Shown: positions 20,901 through 34,342 of the stretch, piece by piece
Layout of the letters: each line of letters begins with the position of its first letter
How positions within the stretch are numbered: the stretch's first letter is position 1
From: Catajapyx aquilonaris
Taxonomy: Eukaryota
NCBI GenBank assembly: GCA_000934665.2
Contig: JYFJ02002753.1
Span: 1 to 51,668, forward strand
Length of the DNA: 51,668 bases
Direction of reading: 5' to 3'
Program-made: the position numbers and the translations under genes
Notes under the pieces: generated by a model
Seen by the model: the letters and a program-made list of their open reading frames with translations, nothing else
Database searches by the model: none
What the model was told of the DNA's origin: nothing

Positions 20901-21990
20901 CTTAAATCAACACGATTATTATGAGCTTACATCCTTGCACTGCGCTCTGCCAGAGGGCATTTGCACTCTCCTTTTTATTAGAAAAATCCTTTTTGTAGTA
21001 CCCCTGCGCAACAGGACGGCTAATTATTCCATTATTCCGTTTACCCAAGCACTTTAAATCTTTGACTAAAAGGAATTTTTGCGCTGACCAAAACGCAAAC
21101 GTATAAACGTCGAGGCGGGTTTCAATTTAACAGTAGGAATCCGAGCTGCATTCCCGGAATGGCAGTCAATGTATAGTGTGCCATGTGACTGGGTCTGGGG
21201 TCTGGTCGATTTTTGCGGCATCCGTGGCCGGCGGGAAGTAAACACCGTGATTAAAATATCAATTCCATTCCCAGCGGCTGCCTGGCTGCGTTATAGAGCC
21301 GACGTTTTGATGGATCACGTCGATTGTTCCTTTTGCTCCCAGAGCAAGGTGAAGGATGGAGTCCGCACCGAGTTGTGATCTCTTGTCCTGGAAGCCAGTT
21401 ACATCTTCCGTCAATTAGGAAAGGGGGGACCTCGGCTGCCAAATGGGCCGGCCCCAAATTGTGTCCACACACGCAAAAAAATGGCTGTCTTCTCTTTTAA
21501 CCCTACACTCCCCAGTGGTTAATTTGGCACGGAAATGATCCACGGGGGAATTCAGCTGAAAGTTTCCTACATTGTGTACAGTGGGCCGCCATCAGGAAAG
21601 GAAATTGTTTCGCTTCTTGATTCCTTTCAAGGAATGAGACCCTAAACAACCTAGCAACGGATGATCAACTCCATCCTCTTCATCGATTCTGGGAAGACTC
21701 CTGCATATTCATTACTTGGGCCAAATATGAAAACAAATGCTGTATGTTAAACGGGAATGCTTCGTTCAATAATTCAGTTCAGCTATATCATATGAGCCAC
21801 ATTTTTACTCATTTTAAATTTATCATCATTATCGTGACAATTATTTATGAACGGGGTAGTTATGGATGAAGAGGGAGATGAAAATTAATTGTTTGTAACT
21901 TATTTGGAATGAACTAAAACGTGACAGATAATGCAAAACAATATAATCACAAGCGACTTGGCAAATTTCGAGAAACCTTTATCGAAACAT

Positions 21991-22273
21991 AGGGAGTCAT
22001 GGTGGTTTGGTGGTTACGTCACTGGCCAGCCAAGCGGGAGGCAGGGGTTCAAATCCCGTCCCCGTCACCTCTGCTTGGCTGGGTCTTTTTCCGCTTTTCA
22101 CCCGACATGCCGGGGCATAATTGCACTCCCTACTCTGCCCAGGGCTAGGAGAAAAGGTATTGTGTATTTCAGAAAGTCAGAAATTACTATAATTACAGGG
22201 TCCTCCCTTGGGAACCTCCCCTTCCCCCCTAAGAGGGCTCCGCCCTATCATGAGTTAAATTTGTTTAAAAAAA
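21991..22273 (+). mobile_element. tRNA-derived SINE, family B
   Basis: A-box-like TGGTTTGGTGG, B-box GGTTCAAATCC (22046-56) and an A-tail. Perfect 10-bp TSD ATCGAAACAT (21981-90 / 22274-83). Confidence 0.85.
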
Positions 22274-25200
22274 ATCGAAACATTACAAGAACTTTCACCA
22301 GAATAATAGTCGCTCATTCATCTTGCTTTATTAATCAGGTTAAAATTATGATATAAATTAAAATAAGAGCTTTGCCTCGAACAGCGATATTATTTGTAAT
22401 TTTTTGTAGGTCTATCAATTAATATCAGTGTATCGAATTTTTCCCCGCATTGTACTGTAGTACTGATGAACTGGATTCATGAAACTACTTTTAAAAGTGT
22501 GCCAGTCAACAGAATAAGTATCCTTGCCAATAGGCCATTCGCACGACAAAAGAGGCCCTATGGTTGCATCAGCGCCAGGATGAGCAATGAGTGATGGCAG
22601 CTGCAAAGCTTAAAAATAGTTTTCACGTCCGATGCCACTTTCACCACCCGATTTAACGGAAAACTAAAGTATTTCAAAAGCACGCATTCATTAATAGCAC
22701 GCATCGGCTGGACTGACGCTGTAATCAACACACGCTATGTCATCGTTTAACACTGGCCTGAATGGCCCTAGAGGCAGTCATGCGAGGATGTTTGTTTACT
22801 GTGCAATATTCCACACTGTAATATCATAACAGATGCTCCAGTTATTGCTACAGTTGGCAGCTTTTTTTGTGTGTGTGTCTATCCAATTGCAGAGCGTTCC
22901 TTCCGAAACATATGCAGTACGTGGATAGGGCCACTTGTGCTCGTCCTCTTTTTCTTTGATAGGATAGAAGGTGAGAAAGAAGGCTTAGAGCGGGCAAGAG
23001 AAAGACAGCGACATTTTATTACCAAGTTTCCCGGCTTACGACCCATGTAATAGCCCGTTCCTAGTGTCAGGGGCTGCAAGTGAATTTCTCCCTTGAAAAA
23101 AAGTCCCTTCCGAAAAGTAAGGCCGGCAAAGGCTTTGACAGCGTTTGCGGGAATTACAGAGGGGGGGGTCCATCCCCCCCTCCTTTTCCTAAAATTTTCG
23201 GGCATGTCCTAGACTCCCAAGCTCTTTTCAAATGCTAGGCTTCCGCTTGGAAATCAGGCGTCACTTTCTTNGGGGGGGGGGGGGGGGGTTGGAATGGAAC
23301 ATGTCTCCCCACTCCACCCTACTACTGCACCCTCACCCAACGAGGCAACTGGAAAGTGAAAAGGAATCGAAGCGGGTCTCCGTCCGACGTATTACCTTTC
23401 TGTCGCCTTTGCTGCTCATCGATTTATGAAATCGTCTTATTCACAACTCCGGAAAACCTCATTTCCTCCTTGCTAGACTTGAAGGGGGGTAAGGGGGTAG
23501 GAAAGAGAAGGATAGGTTGGGCAGTTAGGGAGAGCGACCGAGTGTGAACCGCAACGCTCGGTCCTTTCTCACAGAGAAAAAAGGAAATGAAAAAAAAAAT
23601 GCCTTCAAGGGGAACCATTCATCCATAACTCTTGTCCTCATCATTGACTGGCTGGTCGACTCCAATTGATGTCATGACAGGACCATACTCGGCTGCGGAA
23701 ATATGCATAAGACAATTCTTGTGAAGTCAAAAAAAAAAGAGAGATCCTTTTATGGTGTGCTGGGATGAATATGTTGGAAATTTTTATGCGGATGAGTCGT
23801 GTATTAAAATGAAGGATTTTTGGGGGATCGAGAGGGCCTTTCATCAATTATATCAGGCTGACCCACCCTTGTAACGTACGTTCCTCATTCGTTCTGAAAT
23901 TAGGGAACACAAAACTAGCCCCTTCCTGTACAGAACAAATTCCGGCTTACTTTCGAACGGTTCCAAGCCCGGGGCCTGAAATATGTTTACATCGAAAAAG
24001 AGGTAGCGAACCTGTGAAGGCAGGTGTCAGCGATTTTGACGGGGAAAGTGTCGTTGTAACAGAGGAGCGCGGGAAAAACAGGAAATTCTCAAAACAAATG
24101 AAATAGTTTCACAAAAAATAACATTTTTTTTGTTCGCGAATAAATAAAATTCGTGCCATATAGCGCCATTTGTTTATGGTTTATCACACGGTCTATTAGA
24201 TATGCTGTTATTCTTATTTTAGTATTATTTTCGCCCAAAGACGCATACGTTGTGTTACATAATTAAATGCATTCTTATCGATGAAACAGTACGTATGTTC
24301 ATAAGAAGCGTTTCTACCTATAACACTGTAAGCTTAATTATAAAAGACCTGACAATCTTAATCCAGCTTCATACAATCGTATAAAAACCCGAAATGGAAA
24401 ATATCATAGTCACACTGAAATGATTTCGAAAGTTTGAAGGCGGAATTATTCTCGTATGAAATCAATTTTTTTCAAACATTTTTTTTTGGCAAAGGACTTA
24501 TATTTCTTTAGCAGATAGTAGATATAATCATTAGAAAGTACGCGTTATAGACCTGTGTAACACAATATCAAACTCAGCTTCGAGCAACGCATGAATAACA
24601 GTTTTGCATCTCAGATATTGATGCTCTCACACTAATTGCGACATGCCAGTAAAACCGGGGAGGGGGGGGGGGTCGACCAAATTTTCCAAAATTTGTGTCT
24701 GGTCGTTGTATCGGTATGACAGTATAAGGCGGGGTTACAGAACGTGGTTTTGTCTACATTCCACGTGCGTGGAATACAGTCATCAAATTGGAGTTATTAC
24801 TTCGGATAAGGGGATAAATAGAGGGCCTTGATTTTCGCCCACTCTCTTCCATTCGTCAGGGCTCTGCGCTCCTGCAGCATTTAACAACTTTGGTGGAAAA
24901 GCACGAGTTTCCCACACTTTCTCTGAGCCAAGTTTAATCATTATTAATAAAATAATAATAAGCACGAATTTTACATTTATTATGCTTCGTTTCTAACCTT
25001 CGATTGGTTTCGCACTTCCTCACACGGCATTAAATAGTTAAAATTTAAATTTGTAGTAATTTGCAAGGAAAGCAGAAAATCTAAATTAATGGTTTCACAC
25101 TTTGTAACGGTCCCGGTGGTCCACCTTGTTTTACACTGGCATGCCTATATTTGCCCAGTAATACGCTACTTACTACTCGTAGTATGTAGTCCAATATATT

Positions 25201-25997
25201 GGTCCCTCGGCATCCCCACTCTCTACATTTTTCCTTGTTTTGGGCCCAGGAGCATTCTGCCACATACTGTAATTCCAATAAAGGATCCGTCCAACAGCAA
25301 TTTTGTCAGAAAAAGCAAAAATAACGCTTATACTCCAAGGTTGTTCTGCGATAATAATTATGGACGTTATTTTAGTAACTGTTGCAAAACTTGTATTCAA
25401 TGACACATGGAAAATGTTCACATACCAATGGAATTTATGGCGTGAAAGTAAAACCTTGAGGAGGACTGTCTATACAGAAATAAACCACCGCCCATATATT
25501 TGGATGGCGGACCCGTTGACGCCAGCCGTCGTCGTTAAAGCTCTAACAATGTGCCATTTATTCTAGGTACTCCAACATTGAATCCCAATTCTCATTAAGT
25601 AGATGGCATAGAAATGTCAAAAAGATTAGGCCACGTTATAGCTCCGTGACCCAAACAACACCCTCCAGAGCCCTTGCACTATCTGAACACTGGGTGTAGC
25701 CTGCCTCGATGACGCATTTTTCGAATCAGGTCGCCCTGCTATAGTGAAGAGCCAGTGTCAAGTTAATTTCCAGCATATATCCCCCCCCCCCCCCCCCCCA
25801 CCCTCCCCNTCCACTTCTTTTCCTGAGTACCAAAGTTGGAATCTAGCGCTATGAAAACTTGAGCCGGCCCGCTCCTACAAAACACAATTACGCCCCCACC
25901 CCCCTCCTCCAGCTTCCTTATACGATTCCTTTCGAGGGGGGTCGGAGGTGAAAAATTCTCCTCCTTCTTCCACCCTCCGGACCAACCCCTCTATTTT

Positions 25998-26001
<4 letters not shown>

Positions 26002-26030
<29 letters not shown>
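26002..26030. repeat. (TC)n microsatellite
   Basis: Direct reading. Confidence 0.9.
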
Positions 26031-26035
<5 letters not shown>

Positions 26036-29000
26036 TTCTATTCCCCAATACTTGTGCAAACCCCAAAAAACTGGAGGCCTGGCGGAAGGAAGGGCTCGAT
26101 CAGGTCAACGTCTGCGGGATGCTGGCTATTTGAAAATTCGGAACAGCCCATCGCTGGGGAAAGGAAACTCTGCCTGCCCTAACATTGAATGATTGAAAAG
26201 AGGAAGTCTGAAGAAGGGCGCACTTGACACCCGGAGGCCTGGCCTGCTCCACCATATATCTGCAGACTCCTTCCAACCCTATAATGGTCTCCCACTGCAT
26301 TTCCGACATCTACCCACTGTTGCGGATGCGATAGCACGCCAGCTTATCCCGCTGACCCCTGACAGGTCAGTATATCAGCGGTTCTGACAGTCGAAAAGGA
26401 ACCTTTGGACACTGTTGTGTGTAGCACTTAAGGACGAAATTGGTGCCCATGTATTATTCAGCAATCAGCATTCCTAAGGACGGTTTCACAAAGAGCCTTT
26501 TCTTGCGATACTGTACAGTCTTGTATCTTCCAAGCAAATTTTCCATTTTTTGTACCGATGTTGCCCCATTATTCGGATAGATCTGCATTGTACAAGAAAA
26601 TTTAAGACGACTCCACAACTGGACTCGAGTGAAACGGCCAATCAATTTAGGCAAGGTTTCGCCTACAGTTGTAATAGTAAATTTCAGATTGAGTATAAAG
26701 CTTGGAGTGCTTCATTGGATTTTCATTCAAGCTTAGAGGTACGTGAGTGACACTGCGCCTGCATGCATTTTGGCCGGTGGACAAAAAATCAATAGGATCA
26801 AATACAAGATGCAGAAAAACTAACCGAGCATTTGCAGTGACACAGTTTGAAACTTAGACTTTGTTGGTAAACATATCACCAGCTGATTTGCTGAGAAGTG
26901 CTATTATTCAGATTATACTATACATATATATTAATATAGCTTTGTTGCAGAATTCAAAACATTTGATAAAACAGTTGAATTCTACCAAATTAGTAAAAAT
27001 TTCATGCTCCAAAAACTCAGTTATCTCTCAGCCAAAAAACTGACCAAATATAAATTATGATTGTAAAATGTACATTTATTTCTATTGCTTACATCCCGTG
27101 AGCCTCGTTCATACACTTAAAAACCTGACAATTTACCAGAGCAATCATTACACGAGGTCATTTTAAAAACTAAAAACTAGCCTTTCCGGTTAGTTAAAAC
27201 CCTAATGATATCGGCCCACACCCACCGCAGAGTAATAACTCACCGCTGGCGAGTCGGGCAGCTACATACCTGCAAACTTCGACATTCTCCCACTGCTCTA
27301 TATTTATTTACCCCAAATAACCATTATTACTCAGCAATATCAATGGCCGCAGTTTTCATATCAATTTAATAGTATTCGAGAGTAACAGCTGTGGGAACCA
27401 TGTTATGAGCACTGTTGGCATTGGCATTCCAGTAGCTAAATATGAGTATACAGTACATCATAGACCATCATGGTTGAAATAAATTAACTTACAGCATTTG
27501 CAGGAATTTGATGAATAACCCCAACCAACGACCTTTCGCTGCATACTAAACGAACACTTTTATTAGTTTGAGGGTTACAGAATTATCCTCTGCAAGTGAA
27601 CAGCTAATATTTCCCTTTATTATCATCATCTATGGGGAATGTTACATGTAAAGTGGAAAGGACACCTCCACAAGTACATACGAACAGCTTCTCTGTCTAA
27701 AATTCCAAAAAAGGCCTTTTTGAGAGTATCAAATTTACTCCGAGCTACATTGCATATACGCTCGAGATGAATTGCAATAAAGGAACAACCACTTTTAATA
27801 ATAAACCTACATGAATTTTGTGCAATATGAAACTAGAACATAATATGTGGCACTGTCGCCAGGGGGCGATCAACAAACAGCAACGAATAAATACAGCTTC
27901 CAAGCCCACTGTTTTTTTCACTGCACTTTTGCATTTACACTGTCGGTTCGCTTTCATTATAAATAATCTCGCAATCAAGGCAACAGCTTGGCTCTCTTGC
28001 ATAAAAATATTATTTGGTAGTAACTCATGCTCTGAGAGGAATTTTCCTGGGGCTCGGCGTAAATAATATCGCTCTTTATCCTTTTTCACCTGGCTCACCT
28101 GCATTTTCAGTTCACAGAAACGTGCATTTGAAGCAGTAAGGGAGAAAAAAAAGATAAATGATACTATACAGCATTCTAGATTGATTGTAAGCTCATGTAG
28201 CATGAATATTACCTTGTCACATGACGAGAGCCTGCAGTGCGCCGATTCACACACAGATTTCACTTGGAAATCAAAATAACGTGAGAGAGGTTCGGATGGC
28301 TACGTATTTGAAATGCGCATGGGAACGAACTTTTAATCAAAAGCGAAGGCAATTAACCATGAGCGGTTATTTAATAGTTAATTTATTGCTTGTAACACGC
28401 TGATGTCTGTGCCGAAAAGTATCATTCGTTGTCCAGCACGTTCCATCGTATAAACTAAATGTACCTTTAACTATAGCACAATAGCTAGCTGTGAACAATG
28501 GTAAATAGTGGCATGATACATGAAGAGGTGAAAATGCAATGTAAAGCCTCATTATGAGTTGCACATTTACAGTGCGTATGCCTAAGCTCCTTCATTTTGT
28601 GTCAATGAAGCAATCAGGACCACTAATATATTGATGAGATTTTAAAATCCAACCATTTGTTCGATAACACTATGCAACACAATGTTCATTCCTGGGTAGC
28701 TAATGTCACTTATTAATTGCTTATACCTCCAAAAATATAGATATACTGTATTTCCCTAAAACTCTGATTTTGTGACCGTGGGAGTGATTTTGAAATACCT
28801 GTTTCCATTGAGAAAGCAGGCGACATTTTTATGAGAAGTAATACCCACTTTCTACACTTTTGGGCATAATCAATTAGGAAATAACACTTACCTCAAAAAA
28901 TTACAAATATGTAACAAGGTGTAATAACCTACGCACAGTTATATCCCTTAAAAATCCTGCTGACGTCTGCCCTTTCAACACTGCACCACATTTCATATTA

Positions 29001-30429
29001 ATACACCTGAGTGGTGACCAGGCTAAGTGCAGTTTCCTCCAAGAAGAAATTGCTCCCTATCCTCTGGGTGCACTTGAACAAAACGTAAAAAATTCATCTC
29101 AAACGCTAGTGTGATATTTTCACTTCATGCTTACTTTTAAAATCGTCAACGGACGAATCCCCAACTCGGTCCCAACTCCCTATCCCTTTTCTCCGACTCA
29201 AACGTGCTTTAATTTACAAAAGCGCCTCAAGTATTTCCCCCAGCTGCCTTTGTAGAAAGTTTTTTCCTCCTCCAGTCTTCACTCCCCTCCCCTCCCTTCT
29301 ACCCCTGGTCAGAGTTAATTAGATTTGCATATTTACCGGGTGTTGTACTCATTCCCTAGACTTGCAGAATGTGCAAAGTTGGGAGTTTTTTCCCAAAGAA
29401 AACTGCACTCGTGATGACGCGGGACCGGGCCAATTAGTAACAAAAGAGGACGATTTTCCCGCTCAAACCTAAGCCTGAGTAGAGCAAAGAGAGAGATAGA
29501 ATATATATCTAAAAAAAGTGGCGGAAGAGAGTCGAAAGGGATGGCAGCAGGGGCCCTGATAGATGCCTGCACTTTGGGACCTAGGCTGCGTTTCATAAAA
29601 CCTTCGTTTCCTGCCAACGGGAAATATGGCAGCCTTCAACCCATGGCTCGGTGATGGGCGTATAAAATCTACATGCGGAATTAGGCCCGGAAGCAATCAG
29701 AGGAAATCCCTGGAAACCGCTTTTGTCAGAGAATCTTCCCCCCTTGTACCCGAGCCCAATATATCAGCAGCTACTGGCTTGAGAAAATGGTCCGATTTTT
29801 TTTTTTTTGAAGACGATTTCAAAAAAACCTGGTCCGCCAAAAAAATCCACACAAGTAAATTTTTCACGCCGCTAGTGTACATTCCAGTTTCTCTCCAAAA
29901 AAAAAAAAAAACCTGTCGGATTTGCAAGGAGCAATCAGGCTCCCTTCCCGTAGGCAGAAAACGCGGTCTTGAACCCTGGAATTGCCTCTCCGACTTATCT
30001 CCGGCTGGAGAGGAAAGACCACGGCCCCTGAAGTCGCCCCGGGGGATCTATCATTGGACTTTGATTACTTCCTGATTTCCAGGAAAGCGGGCCAAGCCAA
30101 AGGGCTCTTGCTTTTGACACTTGCCAGCCTCAGCCGACCGACATATGTACCGTAGCCTATATAGAAGTCGGCTTTATAGATTCACCAACTAAATGGGACA
30201 CAAGTTGTGCTTACTGGTCTCCGATTTGTGGGAGCGGAGTGTTGGGTTGGGCTTCTGGTGCGCAGGGGTTGTGCCTTATTATGTGGTGCGTGGCAATCAG
30301 GGGCCCAACTTAGGGAATGTCAGAAGAGCATTGCCCTCTTTAGTTCAGATCTCGCAGACTGCTAGAAAGAAATCTGGATTCAACTAACCCAGACGACGAC
30401 GTTGATGCTACTTAAACATTGGCAAAAGA

Positions 30430-30630
30430 CTTATCTACTGGTCACATGCTGCAGGGGCCAAATTAGAAGTTTAAGAGAATTCGCCCCAGGCCTAGCCCAC
30501 ACTGCCCTCTCTAGGGGGTAGAGAGAGGACATGGACGAATTTAGAGGAACCACAGCCTTGCCACATAGGGTGCCCGATCTAGGAATTGAACCCGCAGATT
30601 CTAGAAGTAAGCTTCTTGCGCCATCCAACA
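30430..30630 (-). mobile_element. Degenerate tRNA-derived SINE
   Basis: Minus strand TGGCGCAAGAAG…GGTTCAATTCC (A-box/B-box spacing of a tRNA head). The 3' end is undefined. Confidence 0.45.
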
Positions 30631-33600
30631 GTCGCAAGCAAAAAAGTTTGGAACCAGGATCCGAAGCTCCAACGAGTTCATAGTAGTTTTACCATTGGAG
30701 AACCGTGCGGTCGTATGTTCAGTTCGACATACCGGTCCTATAAATTGGGGACATTGGGGATTGGGGACGTATTTTAATAGTTACTGAAGAACAACGAAGA
30801 AATATTTCGAGCCCAATGTTATATTTTGAAAATAAAGTCATTGCCATTTAAGATGATTTTCTGCCATTCAGAACGATAAGTCCTTTTTGATAAAAATTCA
30901 GTTATAAATAGGCAATGCGTAATGTAGTTCTCATACAATACTGTATGCTAGTCAAACAGGTTTTCTTTTAGAAACGTTAACAGTTCCGGAGAGAAAAGTT
31001 TGAATAAAAGGGATCCCATAAGAGATACCGAAGATACTCTGATTTTTCTGAAAATCAAGTTTTTGGCAATTTGGTTTAAAAATGGCACGTGTTCACATAT
31101 TCTTAAAAGCCCCATTTATTTCGGTTGTGAAGGGTTCGGTGATGTGGAATTTATTCCCCTGCCCCTCTTTTGTCGGGTCAATGGGCCGTGGCTCTTGAAA
31201 AGCGATCGAGACGCGTCTTGTTACCCTTCCGTCCTCTCGAATGGACGCCATATCATCTCTAGCTGGGCACCCCCTGTGATCCATCATTTCAGTTTCCCCA
31301 ATTTTCGTGACCCCTCTGCCCACAACGCTTGGTTGAATACTTTCTATGGCTAAAAACTCCAATCACTTGAATCTCGCGGTTCAAATCCGGAAAGACTTCA
31401 AAATAAAAAATAAATAAAAAAATCGCACCTTGACTCACTCCGAGAGATTACACAACCCATTTCTGTATTTAATGTTCCATGTGACCAAATTTTGCTGCCC
31501 ACAAGCGGATGATACCCCTACCTAACACTAATGTGGCATCATATTTCGAGAGAGGAAAAAAAAACGCACTTGTCCTTCCCCAATTTAATGGGAGCACGTG
31601 ATATGCATAAAAGAGATGAAGTTGCACATCACGACAGGGAACGGCCATATGCAGTGGGTGCTTGGATAAAAAAAAGTGATATAACCCGGCTTATACCTCA
31701 AAATTACCTGTCCTTATGCGGTGTACTTTTAATGCAGGTGATGACATCAGAAATATTGGGGAATTATCCGATCCATTTTTTTCCCCCATCTCCCCGGGTC
31801 ATATTAGTTCTAACTTATCTGTGGGAAAATTTGATCCATGGATGGTTGAAGCGGGAGGGTAAAAAAGCAAACACTTTCGCTGAGCCAGAAAATGCTGGGG
31901 AAATTGTTTTCTTTGCCCCTTTTAGCTGCCCCGGTAATGAAACATGATGGTCATCCACTGAAAACGTGGCTGAAGGCATGCAATCACCGGCTTAGTACGG
32001 TCATATTTAGAAAAAAATAATCGAGCCCACTTTTATACGATCAAGCGGAATAGGTGATCAAAACTGTCAACTCTACCGTCTATTCCGGGTCTTGAACAAT
32101 TTAGTTGAAAAAAAAGAAATGATGGTTCCAAATTTTCATCAAAGTTCAGAGCGCAACTTTTATGCCATCTACTTTCGTATGGGTTTGATATGAAAATAGC
32201 AGCTTCGTTGGAAGTCTTCTTTGATAAATTTCGCTTTCCCTTTACATCCGGATGCAATAAGGCACATACCAGACTCATCATGTGGTTGAATGGCGGGGAC
32301 TTCATGAGAAAAGTTCTTGCTTCAAAATGTTGCCATAAGCTCTATGCCAACGACAAATATTGATTAGGACTCTTTCTTTCTTTTTTTTTGCATTACCGGA
32401 GGACGCCTGTCTTCAAACAAGTGCATACTTACTTTGCCAGTATTAAATCACTGGCAGTCACCCAAAAAAATTTAATCACGTACAAGTGCAAGAACGGCTC
32501 CACATCGAAATTTTCTTTTTGAAGCCGGCAATATTGATTCGTGGACGCAAGCAAAACAGGACTGGGTCGAAAAAGACCGGCAGCGTTGATCCAACAATCG
32601 TATCGGGTGACAGAAAGCGTTGAGGTGAAAGTTATTGCCCTTCGGCAAAGGCGGGGAAAAAAGTGGGTGGGGAAAATACCCCCAAAAAAATCCAACAGGT
32701 CTAGGCGGCATGCAAGGCATGGGATACCGTCCGATGTGTTGCCACAAAAAAAAATGAATCTCACGTTGAATATTTTCCTGGCAACCTTTCTCGGGTTCCG
32801 AAAACAGGTGTTGTCTAGAAGCATCCCCATGATTTAATGCCCAAACAAGAATGGCGATTAGTACAAGAAACGCCATCTGGGGCCTAACACAAGCAAGGAT
32901 TGCATCAAGAATACAGATATGTTGGACCAAAAAAAACTATAGTATTAGACCTACTACAATATCGGTCACGCAGGCGCTTAGGATGGGCACCATTCGTTTA
33001 TGACGTAGCCAGTATGAAACAGCCAGCATTGCTCATGCATCAATGTCGTAACCATACTCTGCCCCGGACCTAGTAGAGAGCTGTGCCACATGCAGAACAA
33101 AACTCTATTTCACATTTTGATCGCTGCACAATTTCAGTGCAGTTTTCAAACAACAATCATTGCCACCTATCATCATGTCGTTTCCTATCAAACGATGAAA
33201 AAGCGTTACACCTTGGTGAAAGGGTGAAATGAATTGCGTCAGCTATACAAGAAGACTATACTTATACTGCCACTGTAATCAGCAGTAATAATATTACTAA
33301 ACACGTTTAAGGGTCCTTTTGTTCAACGTAATCGAATCGATTTTCATCTCGTAAACATTTGCCATGTAACCCCAAAAACCTCTATTCTCTCTAACCCAGA
33401 ATACTGTAGTTAGTTTCATGCCAGATCGACCCAATCAGGCCGCAAATTTTTGCAACCACATGCTATACTATTGCTGTATAAACTGTTCAGTGAACAACAG
33501 TGCCATAGAACCAGGCACAAAACTAAATTATGCCAAATTGATTAGCAAAAGCGGTGATACTAAAACGGTCGCATTTTTGGGACAGATAGACTGCCTCTGA

Positions 33601-34070
33601 TAATCTGTATCGCAAACAAGTTGCAACATCAGGTCTGTTTTGATACAGCAGAATGCCAATTTTATTCACTTCTCATGCGAGGGGAAACGATGAATAATGA
33701 ACATCAATACAACACACAACGAGCGACATTTTAGCTCCGAGCACTATGTTAAACCGGTCGGGTTGGTTCTGGTGCCAGCATGCTCAAAATTTAAATCCAT
33801 GGGAGCCCTCTCCAATTAATTGTAACCGAGACTGATCAATTGTCACGGATTGCACACCATGTGCGTCAGGAACAAAGTGTCTGATGAGACTGCGGACACA
33901 CTTCATCCATCAACGTCGCTTCTTTTTATGGCATCCTTTATGGTGTCTTCGGCCCGGTTGAAATAGATGGCTATTTCCCGTAGGGAAGAGGACCTCCCTC
34001 CAAAAAAAAGGGGTCCTTCAATTTGCCAAATTGATTAGCAAGGACGAGCTTCTTCCATGCTAGCCACTAG

Positions 34071-34130
34071 TGACGTCAGCTGCCGGATATAAAACTCGGG
34101 ATGATAGCCTCAAGTCTCCTCTTCAATCAC
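34071..34130 (+). promoter_or_regulatory. Putative Pol II core promoter (CRE, E-box, TATA)
   Basis: TGACGTCA at 34071-78, CAGCTG at 34077-82 and TATAAAA at 34088-94. Inr-like TCAAGTC/TCAATC lie ~22-35 bp downstream. Confidence 0.5.
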
Positions 34131-34264
34131 CAGCTGCGCTTTTAGTTTAGCACTACTCTAGTGCCAGCCCTGACCAACATTAAGCTGCCATTTATCACTC
34201 ACTCCTCCACATTTTCCACGACTTTTAGCTGATTAATTGGTACATCATTTGGTCATTATGTAAA

Positions 34265-34342
34265 ATGCGGAAGTTGCTGACAAATTGTTGTATTTGTTTT
34301 GCTGCTCAACCAGCTGAGCAGTATCAGTATTCCATAAACAAG
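34265..34342 (+). CDS. Putative first coding exon MRKLLTNCCICFAAQPAEQYQYSINK
   Basis: AAAATG start context ~170 bp after the TATA box, 26 codons, then a strong phase-0 donor AAG|GTACGT. No downstream exon was identified. Confidence 0.45.
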